The position numbers were made by a program, and so were the translations under genes. Below the pieces are notes generated by a model that made no database searches, was not told the origin of the DNA, and saw only the letters and a program-made list of their open reading frames with translations. Positions 48,416 through 57,730 of a stretch of 64,000 nt of DNA are shown here, in pieces. How positions within the stretch are numbered: position 1 is the first letter of the stretch; the number at the start of each line of letters is the position of its first letter. This stretch comes from a virus, in the IMG/VR virus record IMGVR_UViG_3300024262_000019, positions 32,001 through 96,000 of that record. One strand, written 5' to 3'.

Positions 48416-49268
48416 TCGCGATAATGAGAAGACCTAGCCGTCTCTCCATCTTGGAGATGTACTTATCGACATCCTTCTTGGGATCATCGAAGTCATTGTT
48501 TGACAAGAAATCCTGGCATATAAGCTCAAGATTGTGACCCTTCTTGTCGGAGTTTGAGATGCTCTCAGCCCTCTTGAAGGCCGCATCGCAGGTCGTCTTC
48601 TGTCCTTCGAATAGGCCAGCCTGGAATGTGGTCATCTCCTCCGGCTTAGGAAGAGACTTGCCCTTTTCCTTTTCGGATACCTCTGGTCCACTCCCCTGGT
48701 CCGCTTCTTCGGTGTCGGTCGATTTGATTGCCGCAACTGCCCTGGCAGTCTTGATGGCCATCTTCAACTCATCGAATGTGAGATCAGTGGCCTTGTCGAT
48801 CCACAGGGTGATGTTGCTCATGTCGGCAACGCCTGCCAACAGGTAGACCTTTGAGCGACCAACAGAAATCAGCTGATCGATCACCTTCGCTGGCATCTCC
48901 TGAGAGATTGCAAACCAGTAATACGCATAGCGTAGGTTCTCGGCGGTACGTTTCTGGATTCCGACTTCCTGCTCGCAGTAGTCTCCGAACCCGCTATAGC
49001 CCCACTTTTTGAACAGCTCAACACGCTCGCCAACTGCGCCCTTGCCCTTAAGCATGGCTCGGTACCCGCCTGGGACACCATCGTAAACGTCATAGAGAAC
49101 GCGACCAAGATCCCAGTATTTGGTCTCGATCTCGTGGACTAAAGTCCTTGCCTCCTGCCTCAGATCTGCCTCAGCTTTTTCCAGTTCTTCTTCTGAAACA
49201 TCAATATTATCCGAAGATTTGGCAGTATTGTCGTGCTTTCCGCCGACAACTCTCAGTGTCGTTTTCAT
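48333..49268 (-). CDS. Putative DNA-binding protein
   Basis: W.LG..L...GY..F..YC..E.GI..RTA..L...G.SK..LL pattern seen in phage and plasmid helical DNA-binding proteins. Confidence 0.55.
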   Translation of the reverse strand: MKTTLRVVGGKHDNTAKSSDNIDVSEEELEKAEADLRQEARTLVHEIETKYWDLGRVLYDVYDGVPGGYRAMLKGKGAVGERVELFKKWGYSGFGDYCEQEVGIQKRTAENLRYAYYWFAISQEMPAKVIDQLISVGRSKVYLLAGVADMSNITLWIDKATDLTFDELKMAIKTARAVAAIKSTDTEEADQGSGPEVSEKEKGKSLPKPEEMTTFQAGLFEGQKTTCDAAFKRAESISNSDKKGHNLELICQDFLSNNDFDDPKKDVDKYISKMERRLGLLIIAIDPKTGKPVHGTDLLWRLMEEKQKGDK

Positions 49269-49282
49269 CTCGTATCCCCCGC

Positions 49283-49426
49283 TTATTGTTTCTTTGATTG
49301 GTCGAGAGGCTTACCACACCCGGCACACTTGGGAGTAGCGTATAGCTCTTCCGTCAACATAACCCGATCGTCACCGCACGATCCACAGCCCTTGGATTCG
49401 GTTTTATCTTTATTAGTCTTTTCCAT
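49283..49426 (-). CDS. 47-aa zinc-ribbon protein (not in ORF track)
   Basis: MEKTNKDKTESKGCGSCGDDRVMLTEELYATPKCAGCGKPLDQSKKQ; two CxxC; fills the intergenic gap. Confidence 0.65.
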   Translation of the reverse strand: MEKTNKDKTESKGCGSCGDDRVMLTEELYATPKCAGCGKPLDQSKKQ

Positions 49427-49757
49427 CAGTTACCCCAATTTCTTCATCATCGGAAACGAATTCCACTGTTTTAGCTCTAACCTCGGTGAGCTTCCCGAAC
49501 TTTCCAGACCGATTCATAAGCTCGCCGACCACGATACAGTAGGATCCGCTGCGAGCTTCGTCGTCGCATTGGGTAGCCATTGGACCGTATGCGTTAACCC
49601 TAACACGCATGGATTTTCGACCGCTATCCTCGGACGACACTGAAAACGAAAATGCATTACCGCCATCTCCAGTGGTTCCAGATACCATCTTACCCTCGAC
49701 GTATCCGCTTATTAGCACCTGATTGTGCCCTCTCATTTTTCGTTTTTTCCTCACCAT
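49413..49757 (-). CDS. SSB-like OB-fold protein
   Basis: NQV.ISG.V...V.AYG..A......G....V.GEL.N......EV.A..V.F. Confidence 0.75.
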   Translation of the reverse strand: MVRKKRKMRGHNQVLISGYVEGKMVSGTTGDGGNAFSFSVSSEDSGRKSMRVRVNAYGPMATQCDDEARSGSYCIVVGELMNRSGKFGKLTEVRAKTVEFVSDDEEIGVTDGKD

Positions 49758-50349
49758 CTACAGATCTCTTCGCCGAGGGAACCAAACTGTTCCAGCAATA
49801 CTTCGCTGTGACATATGCATCCATCTCATCCTGCGAAGGAAACTCTAATCCATTCTTCCTGAGAAGAAATTCTACGGCATCCTTGATAGTCGCCTTTTTC
49901 GTGCCGCCGCGTTTACCTGGAATCGTTCCATATGACCAGTGCTTCTTCGTCTTGCCCTTGGCATCAACAACTGTCACCTGAACTTTATGCAGTGTGCCCA
50001 CGACAGCTTTACGCATATGACCAGCCTCTTTAACCATCGGTATGGCTCCGGTGGCTAGGAAGATCTGAACCTTTATCACTCCGTGAAGCTCGCCTATCCT
50101 AGCGGCCTGCCATTGCTGATTTTTAGCTGGAGCTTCAATGATTATGTGGTCTGGCTTCTCCTTACGAATCAGATCAAGGACTAGCTCTGTAATTGCAATA
50201 AGCCTCCTTACGTCCGCCTCAACACCTTTAACCTGTGGCTGCGGATATAGGGCTGTCCATATTGATTCAGGAACTTCACTTCCAGGGGTACCATCTAAGA
50301 TGCACACTCCTGTAGCCCTGAGACTAAGGTCGAGTCCAAGCACCTTCAA
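49690..50349 (-). CDS. RuvC-like Holliday junction resolvase
   Basis: VLGLDLSL..TG, IIIE, GE..GV.K, DE.DA. Confidence 0.85.
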   Translation of the reverse strand: MKVLGLDLSLRATGVCILDGTPGSEVPESIWTALYPQPQVKGVEADVRRLIAITELVLDLIRKEKPDHIIIEAPAKNQQWQAARIGELHGVIKVQIFLATGAIPMVKEAGHMRKAVVGTLHKVQVTVVDAKGKTKKHWSYGTIPGKRGGTKKATIKDAVEFLLRKNGLEFPSQDEMDAYVTAKYCWNSLVPSAKRSVDGEEKTKNERAQSGANKRIRRG

Positions 50350-50763
50350 CTAGGCACCACCACTCTGTGCTCTCATCCTGGAAACTCCGGATGCAAAGAT
50401 GATCGAGTGGAGTATTCGATCGGCTCCATTGTCAGTAAGAAGGCCATCGACAGTTATGGATTCTCCCATCGCCTCTTCCACGTTGGCAGTCAAATCCTGT
50501 ATCGCACCAGTATTTGCGATACCCCACGGAGACGTATGTAAGAAGCATTTGGCGCATGAGAAGTAACCATTTGGAGGCTTACCGATGGCCCATCGTGCAC
50601 AGCCCTCCGAGCAGGTCATGCATATTCTCGACGAAGATCCGGTATCTATCGGCCTGACCCACTCTGTGTCGAGTATCAGTGGACGCTTAATCATTGGCGA
50701 GTTGTAAAACAGGATACTGAGACTTCGCAAGATCTGGCTCGCGGACAATCGGAGTCCGAGCAT
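50350..50763 (-). CDS. Hypothetical Zn-binding protein; likely start near 50694
   Basis: CMTC and CAKC motifs. Confidence 0.55.
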   Translation of the reverse strand: MLGLRLSASQILRSLSILFYNSPMIKRPLILDTEWVRPIDTGSSSRICMTCSEGCARWAIGKPPNGYFSCAKCFLHTSPWGIANTGAIQDLTANVEEAMGESITVDGLLTDNGADRILHSIIFASGVSRMRAQSGGA

Positions 50764-51587
50764 GCCTCTCGCTCTGGAAGGGGGCCGCCTTCGAGGCCAG
50801 ATCTAATCTTCCCGATGGCTTCTTTCACCTGGATAACGGTCTCTTCGTCATACACGGAGTCATGCTCGACGACGCCCTCCATGCCGAATTTACCCTTATT
50901 TACATAGATTATCTTCGCCCGCCTGAATCCAGTGAGCCACATGTAGCACTGCACCTGGATGACGTGCATGAAGTCGGGGGCCTTCTTGTATTTGGCAAAA
51001 TTGTTCTCGCTACAGCTCTTGAACTCCAGAACGATCACATCGTCGCTGGTAAAATTATCAGGATCTCCATCTACGAAATATCCATCAGGGTGACCACCGA
51101 CCATGTATTCATGATCTCCTATCCACTCCTCAACGAATAGAAATGCATTCGACCTGACCGTATAGTCTGGACGACCGTTAGCCCTAGGCACGTCACCAGC
51201 AATTGCTCCACACCTGGCACACACCTCAGGACGAGGCTTGAGCCCCTCCTTGATTGACCCGTACGTCTCACCGCACCAGGTACAGCGCCACGTCCCGACA
51301 ATCCTACCAGTGGCGGCCATGACGAGATTCTGCATAGCCCAGTGCAACGCATGGCCAATGGCAAAGACCATACCCAGGTCCGGGTTGATACCCTCTCGGC
51401 GAACAATCCCATGTCTAGACATAAGGACCTCCTGCCTTGGGCACATGCCACCTATAGACGACATCCTCATCCAGGTCTCTGGACGCATAGGATGGTTCTC
51501 TCGGACGTCTTGTCGGAGAGCCTTCTCTATTAGCTCGTGAGCACTTTCTGTTTTTTTCTGCTTACGAATAAGGTTGTGAAGCGCCAT
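50691..51587 (-). CDS. Cas4-like PD-(D/E)xK exonuclease with Zn-ribbon insertion
   Basis: SSIG.CPR, G..DG, VLEFKS, Q.Q.YM, C-terminal C...C.....C....C. Confidence 0.8.
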   Translation of the reverse strand: MALHNLIRKQKKTESAHELIEKALRQDVRENHPMRPETWMRMSSIGGMCPRQEVLMSRHGIVRREGINPDLGMVFAIGHALHWAMQNLVMAATGRIVGTWRCTWCGETYGSIKEGLKPRPEVCARCGAIAGDVPRANGRPDYTVRSNAFLFVEEWIGDHEYMVGGHPDGYFVDGDPDNFTSDDVIVLEFKSCSENNFAKYKKAPDFMHVIQVQCYMWLTGFRRAKIIYVNKGKFGMEGVVEHDSVYDEETVIQVKEAIGKIRSGLEGGPLPEREACSDSDCPRARSCEVSVSCFTTRQ

Positions 51588-51877
51588 AGCAATCCTCTTT
51601 TCTTTTCATCTTCTTTAATCACAAATACAGAAGAGAGCGCTCGCACATAATCGTTAGCAAGAACGTTTGCCTCATCACCCGTGACCGTATACCCGCACGA
51701 CTCACACTCGAACAGAACCCTCTCGGAATTCTCTATGAGTTCGTTGCCGCATGGCATGCATTGCATGTAGATCCCATACCCAAAAACAGTGTCAAGATTC
51801 TCAACATCCCTACGAATCTCAACGCACCCGGCTGCTGGTATCCGTAGCTTAGATCTGCTTTTTTCAAGATATGCCAT
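51530..51877 (-). CDS. Zinc-ribbon protein
   Basis: CMPCG...CESCG. Confidence 0.6.
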   Translation of the reverse strand: MAYLEKSRSKLRIPAAGCVEIRRDVENLDTVFGYGIYMQCMPCGNELIENSERVLFECESCGYTVTGDEANVLANDYVRALSSVFVIKEDEKKRGLLWRFTTLFVSRKKQKVLTS

Positions 51878-52152
51878 TATTCGATAGTTGCCACCGTAAC
51901 GGTGGTCCCGTAATCAGACTCGTCGCTGTAGAAAGTCAACAGACCCTGAAATTTATTAGCTCTGATGTTGGAACCGCACATGACGGCTAGCCTGTTGAGC
52001 ATGCGTCTAATGTCATCCTCGTCACCTATCGCATCCTGCCTAACCTGGAATCGACTACCACCACGCAATGCGATAACGGCCTGCTCGGCAAGTGCCTCAG
52101 CTACAGCAGATTTTCGCTTCCTCATTCTTTGGCGTCTCCAACGATCAAACAA
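51877..52152 (-). CDS. Hypothetical protein
   Basis: 91 aa, in operon. Confidence 0.5.
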   Translation of the reverse strand: MFDRWRRQRMRKRKSAVAEALAEQAVIALRGGSRFQVRQDAIGDEDDIRRMLNRLAVMCGSNIRANKFQGLLTFYSDESDYGTTVTVATIE

Positions 52153-52154
52153 GA

Positions 52155-52427
52155 CTATTCCGTTTCTTTACTCCCTGGGGCGGTCTCCAGAAGCTCTCGC
52201 GCTCTCTCTTTGCTGACCGCGCTTACATATACAACCTGCTCAACATAGTCATTGACTGTATCCACCTCAAGGGTGACCTGCCTGAACGAATACGCATGAG
52301 ATTTGTCCCCCTCGTTAAGGGTGATGCGCATACCTGGCATGCCGGATAATTGCGGAAGATCTCCCTTCCATAGAACTAGGTCACTGGAACCATGCTCAAC
52401 GCCTGCCATCTGTATTCTGCTTTTCAT
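52155..52427 (-). CDS. Hypothetical protein
   Basis: 90 aa, ATGA coupling. Confidence 0.55.
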   Translation of the reverse strand: MKSRIQMAGVEHGSSDLVLWKGDLPQLSGMPGMRITLNEGDKSHAYSFRQVTLEVDTVNDYVEQVVYVSAVSKERARELLETAPGSKETE

Positions 52428-52906
52428 TTCCTTGTAAGCCCTCTCATGCCAAGAGCCTTTAGGGCTTCTTCGCGTTCGTACATGACCGACTCTCGGTCGG
52501 CACCACGGAATTTCCCGCGAAAAGAGACCATATACTCCATCGTATCCAAGTAGCGAACAAATAAGATCCCCAGGGTTCGATCACCAGCTGCGTCCAGTGT
52601 TGCCATCATCCTGTCAAAGAGCTTATCGGTGGAGTCTACGGGAACCTGCACCTTCAACTTAAAAAGCGTCTCAGAGATGATGATATCTAGCTTCCTGCAC
52701 AGCTTGCTGTCGAGGAGTACATAGATGAGGCTATCAGCTTCGACACCCCTTTCGCGAGCAAGACTGACCATCTCACCAACCGCAACGTCAAGGGCCATAT
52801 CTTCACTCACCGCTTGCACGATATGCCTCCAGAAGCTCCTGCATAAACTCGGCGGGAACCATGACCCAATCCTTACTGACAAGCTTCGGCGTATCACCGA
52901 ACTCAA
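52424..52906 (-). CDS. Hypothetical protein; likely start near 52800
   Basis: ORF in operon; annotated 5' part overlaps the resolvase gene. Confidence 0.5.
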   Translation of the reverse strand: MSSVIRRSLSVRIGSWFPPSLCRSFWRHIVQAVSEDMALDVAVGEMVSLARERGVEADSLIYVLLDSKLCRKLDIIISETLFKLKVQVPVDSTDKLFDRMMATLDAAGDRTLGILFVRYLDTMEYMVSFRGKFRGADRESVMYEREEALKALGMRGLTRK

Positions 52907-53189
52907 TAGCGACAGCAGGTATTCGGTTATAGCTCACTGCCTCCATAGTTATCTTCTCAAGGTAAGCCAAGGTTATGGATATGCTTTTCTTATCAGTCCT
53001 CTTGCACTCTCCAAGGAGTTCAACGCCCTTGACGTCGCCACGGTTACCAGGCAACGCACCAGACGCCTTCTGCCTATACCCACCAAGAGCATCGGCAACT
53101 CGATCCTCTTGACGCATAGACTTCCTACGCTTCTTCTTCTCGGTATTACCTCGGAAATATCCAGGTAGCGTGTCGTCGGACTCACTCAC
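52803..53189 (-). CDS. Hjc-like PD-(D/E)xK resolvase
   Basis: QE.RVA..LGG.R...SGA....GDV......ECK.T. Confidence 0.8.
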   Translation of the reverse strand: MSESDDTLPGYFRGNTEKKKRRKSMRQEDRVADALGGYRQKASGALPGNRGDVKGVELLGECKRTDKKSISITLAYLEKITMEAVSYNRIPAVAIEFGDTPKLVSKDWVMVPAEFMQELLEAYRASGE

Positions 53190-54439
53190 AGTGCAGTGTC
53201 AACCTCAGCAACTGGCGTAGACATATGCAAAAGCACCCTATCCTTAAAATTCTCGTATTTGTCTGGATTCTCCATCCAGTACTTCTCAAGAAGCGAGATA
53301 CCACCGAAGGTTTCACCGTCGCACTCAGTACCAGCATTTCCCTTATTGACAGTCACCAAGCCGAGTTGCCGACCAATCTTGACGCCATAGTTCTCATCGG
53401 CAACTTGACCAGCACGCTTGATCTCCATATCCCTGACGTACAGAAGGTACTCCGCCTCCATCTTAGCCGGAGCAGTCTTGTTCTTCTCGTTACGAAGCTT
53501 CATGAGAACGGCGTATGGCATTTTGTTCTCATCTTCTTTGTACTTACCAGGTGACATCCGGGTCTCGGTGGACGTCGCGAATCCCTGAGCAAATCCACCA
53601 GGAACAGTCTCAGGGTTGCCAAACATAACCCCAACCTTGTGCCTGATCTGATTGGTGAACCAAACGGTGGGACGACGACCATCGTTTTGCCCCATGGCAT
53701 TGGTTGTAGCCACCATCTTCCTAAACATATTTCCAAGAAGCCTAGCCTGAGTAGCAACACTTGCTTCCGACGCTGATTTCTCAAGTTCGGAAGTGGAAAT
53801 CATGAACGCAACAGAATCTATAACCGCAACATCCACCGCACCAGACGCAATGAGTGAGTGGGCTATATCGCATGTCTGCTCCCCGGTCTCAGGCTGAGCA
53901 AACACCAGCTTGTTTCGATCAAGGAACCTATCAGACCACTTATCATCCCAGACACCCTCTACGTCGAGCCAGGCAACGTTGGTCTCCCTGTAGTCACCGC
54001 ATAGGCACGCAGGCTTCCTGGCCGTAAAGTGTGGAGTCCAGATAGGAAACGCTGGCGTCCAGCAGTTTGAGCACATGCGCTGTGCGCGACCAGCTGCCCT
54101 GAGGAAGCTTGTCGTCTTCGATGAAGACTTCGGACCATAGAACATAGAAACTCGGCCAACGGGAAGCCCTCCGCCGAGAGATACATCCAGCGGAAGCACA
54201 CCCGTGGTTATCCTCTTGATGTTTCCGTGACCATGATCTACCGCGAAGCCAACAGCCCCCTTACCGTAGTTCTTGGATGCCTGCTTGAAAAACACGGCCA
54301 ACTGGCTCGCCCTATCATCGATTACGGACACCTCCTCATCCTTCTTCTTTTTGGAAGTCTTCTTGCTAGATGTGGATTCTTCGACAACGCCTTCGGCTGC
54401 ATCGTCGGTCTCGATAGCGTCTTCTTTTTTCTTGGCCAT
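53186..54439 (-). CDS. recA: RecA/UvsX recombinase with Cys-rich insertion
   Basis: TG...LD..LGGGLP.GR....GP.SS.KTT, D.E, VIDSVA, QARL, NQIR.KVGVMFGNPE..PGG, KNK.AP. Confidence 0.92.
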   Translation of the reverse strand: MAKKKEDAIETDDAAEGVVEESTSSKKTSKKKKDEEVSVIDDRASQLAVFFKQASKNYGKGAVGFAVDHGHGNIKRITTGVLPLDVSLGGGLPVGRVSMFYGPKSSSKTTSFLRAAGRAQRMCSNCWTPAFPIWTPHFTARKPACLCGDYRETNVAWLDVEGVWDDKWSDRFLDRNKLVFAQPETGEQTCDIAHSLIASGAVDVAVIDSVAFMISTSELEKSASEASVATQARLLGNMFRKMVATTNAMGQNDGRRPTVWFTNQIRHKVGVMFGNPETVPGGFAQGFATSTETRMSPGKYKEDENKMPYAVLMKLRNEKNKTAPAKMEAEYLLYVRDMEIKRAGQVADENYGVKIGRQLGLVTVNKGNAGTECDGETFGGISLLEKYWMENPDKYENFKDRVLLHMSTPVAEVDTAL

Positions 54440-54445
54440 ATTTTC

Positions 54446-54769
54446 CTATAGCGGACTCTGGCCGCCGCCATTCCTGTTGGAATTGATCATATTTCGCTCT
54501 TTCTCAAGACGCTGCTCAGCCCACGCCTGCGCGAATTCATAGGCTTCATCAACCTCCTCCTTGTAGCAAGGAACGGTAACGGAAACGCTTATCCTTGCTG
54601 ATTCATAGTTTCCAAGATTCATGGTTAAAGCGTAGTCAACGCTAACCATTGCCGTCTCGGTTTCGAATTTGTGTATGGCGATCACATCCTCATCGCCGGT
54701 CGTAGGCGGCGAATCCTTCGACTTGCCGACTGTCCTGCTAACATAAACAATAGAATTTTTTGCTTTCAT
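54446..54769 (-). CDS. Conserved phage hypothetical protein
   Basis: T.NLGNYESARI.V motif common in phage replication clusters. Confidence 0.65.
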   Translation of the reverse strand: MKAKNSIVYVSRTVGKSKDSPPTTGDEDVIAIHKFETETAMVSVDYALTMNLGNYESARISVSVTVPCYKEEVDEAYEFAQAWAEQRLEKERNMINSNRNGGGQSPL

Positions 54770-55329
54770 TCTTCATCCACAACGACAATCCCTGCCGCTT
54801 CCCATCCGTCTAAAATTTCCTGTCTAAACGCCCTGTCGGCAGACGATATCGTCGGCCCACGAGTACTCAGAGCCACCTTAACAACCTCTATCATCGACTC
54901 AGTGTAAAGCCGCTCCTGTTTATTCTCACCGCCGAGGAGAAATGGAGTTCTTGGCAATAACCGAACACGCTCCCATTGATGAATCGTAGGTACACTCCTG
55001 CCAACGATACGAGCAAATGTGCCTATATGGACCAAGTGGACCGTCTCGGAGACACCATCGATCTCAACAACCATCTCCACCGGCTTACGCTTCTTGGGGA
55101 TCCTAACCTTAGGCTTCGGCTTACTTACTCGTTCCTTCGCCTTGCCAGCCCTGTACTCACGATTTTGCCTAAGAACCTTTGCCCGATACTTTTTATCGGA
55201 ATGGTATTTCTCCTTCCGACGCTCGGCTATCCTAGCCCTGTTTCGGTCGTACCACTCCTTGTAGGTCCACTTGGTACCATCCTCGTCGATGATATGAACC
55301 TCCTTTTCATCTGTCATAGATCTCCCCAC
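54766..55329 (-). CDS. MerR-like HTH DNA-binding protein
   Basis: IG.FA..VGRSV.TI..WE...LLP......RLYT. Confidence 0.7.
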   Translation of the reverse strand: MGRSMTDEKEVHIIDEDGTKWTYKEWYDRNRARIAERRKEKYHSDKKYRAKVLRQNREYRAGKAKERVSKPKPKVRIPKKRKPVEMVVEIDGVSETVHLVHIGTFARIVGRSVPTIHQWERVRLLPRTPFLLGGENKQERLYTESMIEVVKVALSTRGPTISSADRAFRQEILDGWEAAGIVVVDEE

Positions 55330-55340
55330 AGCAGCAGATC

Positions 55341-55367
55341 TTTATATAATAAAGTTTGCACTGTCAA
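55341..55367 (-). promoter_or_regulatory. Possible sigma70-like promoter
   Basis: TTGACA followed by an AT-rich TTATTATATAAA region; -10 spacing imperfect. Confidence 0.4.
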
Positions 55368-55383
55368 TCTATCGAGACGCCGC

Positions 55384-56787
55384 TTATCCCCCATAAGATC
55401 TCGCATAAGCAGCGTCTCTGGATTTTCCATAATCCCTGCAAACGGGAACATTGTCGCACCGCATGTCCACGATAACAGGGTCCTTTTTGTCTGGGTCTAA
55501 CAATCTACATGTCTGCGCAGCTAGCAGCGGATCCCTTACTGGGGTAGCTAAAACAACGGTATCTAGACCTGGTATTTCGGGGAATGACTTAGCGAAAGAA
55601 AAAGTTGTCAAGATGACGTCGGCGGCGGAAGATCTATCGATCTCATCTGGAGCCATACCGTCCAGCATGAAGTCAATATCCTTAGTGGCTCCCGACCAGG
55701 CAGAGTCTATCGACAGGCCAAGCGTCTTCAGGTGCGTAACCTTATCGCTGAATATCGCGATCTTTCTCCCGGCCTTCATAGCCAATATCACCTGATCGAC
55801 AACACTCTTGTTGTACCTCGTGTTCACGCATATGTGATTGAGTATGGATGCCTTAGATATGAACTGCGGATTTGCCCTGTCCCATGAGCTGACCTTCCAT
55901 CCAGACTCAACCCTCCTGATACCAGGGACAGTAGAGTCGCTCTTGGCCGCGAAGACTGGACTACCAAGGTGGTATGAGTAGATCCTTGATAAACCTTCCG
56001 AGAAAGAGGACTTTGGATCTGCTATTCCTAGCCTTCTTCCAGCATCAAAAAATCCCACCGCATGTGCCCACTTGGCTGGATCCATACGGTGAATGTGATG
56101 AGATATCACGAAGCCGAACTCCTTCGAGAACACCCCATCCCTGTCGATCGCATGCGTCAAGTGATCGACAGTAGTTAGAACTATATGGTCCTCCAAGGCC
56201 CCACGCTCATCACGCCTGATATACCCAACGCTTGCGTCTGGAAGAAACCTTCCTATGACCGTCTCCCACATGGAAAACGAGCTTCCGGGCGGACATATTA
56301 CAAGCGTCCTCCTCTTCATAGACCTAATAAGAGAGAGACACACCTTGGCCGCTGCCTGCTCTGAATGAAACAGTGCAAGCGCATCCATGGATGTCGCTAA
56401 AGCCTTGAGAGTCGCGGCGATCCCTCGCTTCTGATCGGACGAAAAGAAGTCCTCAGACTTCTCGCCAGACACTGAGTCAATGAGGGTTAGGGACTCATAA
56501 TCATCGTCCTGATCCTTGGCCCATAGAGCACTATCTGGAGCCATCAACTTAAGTGGCCACTCGGCCTCAGTCGTAAAGTCCTCCATGGAGTGACTCTTAG
56601 TAGATGACTCCCTTAAAAATGATCTTGGGATACCGAGATACTCACCATCCTCCACATACGCACGATACAGAACCGGCTTCCTCTTACTAACGTCAGCCAG
56701 CGTCAAGCTCTTGCGCAGCCAGTCCGCCTGGCTGTCGGTCATTTCATTGAAAGGCAACCACGCCCATCCGCCTATGCGTATATCCAT
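55384..56787 (-). CDS. SF2 (UvsW-like) helicase-fold protein, catalytically degenerate
   Basis: Layout retained (TLVICP, W...I..FLP, FG.VI..H.H, LDTV.LATP, KK.P.IVD..D), but no GKT, DExH or QxxGR. Confidence 0.7.
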   Translation of the reverse strand: MDIRIGGWAWLPFNEMTDSQADWLRKSLTLADVSKRKPVLYRAYVEDGEYLGIPRSFLRESSTKSHSMEDFTTEAEWPLKLMAPDSALWAKDQDDDYESLTLIDSVSGEKSEDFFSSDQKRGIAATLKALATSMDALALFHSEQAAAKVCLSLIRSMKRRTLVICPPGSSFSMWETVIGRFLPDASVGYIRRDERGALEDHIVLTTVDHLTHAIDRDGVFSKEFGFVISHHIHRMDPAKWAHAVGFFDAGRRLGIADPKSSFSEGLSRIYSYHLGSPVFAAKSDSTVPGIRRVESGWKVSSWDRANPQFISKASILNHICVNTRYNKSVVDQVILAMKAGRKIAIFSDKVTHLKTLGLSIDSAWSGATKDIDFMLDGMAPDEIDRSSAADVILTTFSFAKSFPEIPGLDTVVLATPVRDPLLAAQTCRLLDPDKKDPVIVDMRCDNVPVCRDYGKSRDAAYARSYGG

Positions 56788-56803
56788 CGATGCCCCTCCA
56801 TTG

Positions 56804-56836
56804 AAAATGCGAGGACAGGTTCACCTGCCCTCGCAA
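56804..56836 (-). terminator. Rho-independent terminator
   Basis: TGCGAGGGCAGGT-GA-ACCTGTCCTCGCA then TTTT, after the SSB gene. Confidence 0.75.
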
Positions 56837-56857
56837 CTGTTCGAGTAGAGAGTGTTT

Positions 56858-57646
56858 CTAGAACGGAACTTCGTCAGGATTGCTAGCTGAAGACGAAGAT
56901 GTTCCAGATTTAGTGCTGTTAAACGGCACAGCATCGGCAGTTCGCGTCTTCATGTCGGCAATAGAGATCGGAGCCATGAGTACGGGGAAGTTAAACTGCG
57001 GAATCTTCGCAGGAATCTCTCCCTCGGCTGGGATCTGAAAGTGATGAGCAAGGAACTTGCGCGTCCTGTCAGCCTCTTGCCCGTTGCCATTTGCCTTGTC
57101 GATGATGTCCTTCAAGAGCTTACCCTTGTAGGTCACAACCGTGTAGAGGCCATCCATCTTGATCTCACGAATATGATCAAGATCATCTCCTGTATTGGGA
57201 GAGTTCGAATCCGATCGAGTGAGGGTCCAAAGCTGGCCAAGCAGGCTACCCTTGTTCTCCTTTTTCATCTTGAACTTATTCAAGACTTTCGTCTTCGCAG
57301 GGAGAAGGATAAGACGATTCTTATTCTCAACACCCTCCTTGGTCGTGTACCCAGTGATGTCAACAATTGTGTAATGACCAACATAGTCGGCTCGACTTAC
57401 ACCCTTCTGCGAACAGCCAGGGCAGTGATCCTCAATCTTAGCCAGGCATGTCGCATGGTGCCACTGCTTGTTACTGTCACACCACTGATGCTCCTTAATA
57501 CAGAAAGGATCATCGCCGATGAAAGCTAACTCCTTAGAAGATCCTGCGGCTTGCCAGAGGCGATCTGGCGGGTAGCCCATCGCCCGCTTCTCTGCCTCTT
57601 CCTCTGCGCCCTCGTAACCCGTCTCATACCAAGATGCTGTCGCCAT
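56858..57646 (-). CDS. gp32-like single-stranded DNA-binding protein
   Basis: EH...C.....CP.C Zn site, C-terminal DEVPF tail, next to primase. Confidence 0.7.
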   Translation of the reverse strand: MATASWYETGYEGAEEEAEKRAMGYPPDRLWQAAGSSKELAFIGDDPFCIKEHQWCDSNKQWHHATCLAKIEDHCPGCSQKGVSRADYVGHYTIVDITGYTTKEGVENKNRLILLPAKTKVLNKFKMKKENKGSLLGQLWTLTRSDSNSPNTGDDLDHIREIKMDGLYTVVTYKGKLLKDIIDKANGNGQEADRTRKFLAHHFQIPAEGEIPAKIPQFNFPVLMAPISIADMKTRTADAVPFNSTKSGTSSSSASNPDEVPF

Positions 57647-57730
57647 AGTCTTTTATCTTTCTGGCCCTTTTTCGGTGCCCGTTACCCTATATGGGTGAAG
57701 AACATCAGTACCAGCAAGGTATGACAACAG

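Noticed and set aside
50691-51587. CRISPR-Cas locus suggested by the Cas4-like nuclease
   Set aside because: No repeat-spacer array or other cas genes seen; solo Cas4-like nucleases are common in phage recombination modules
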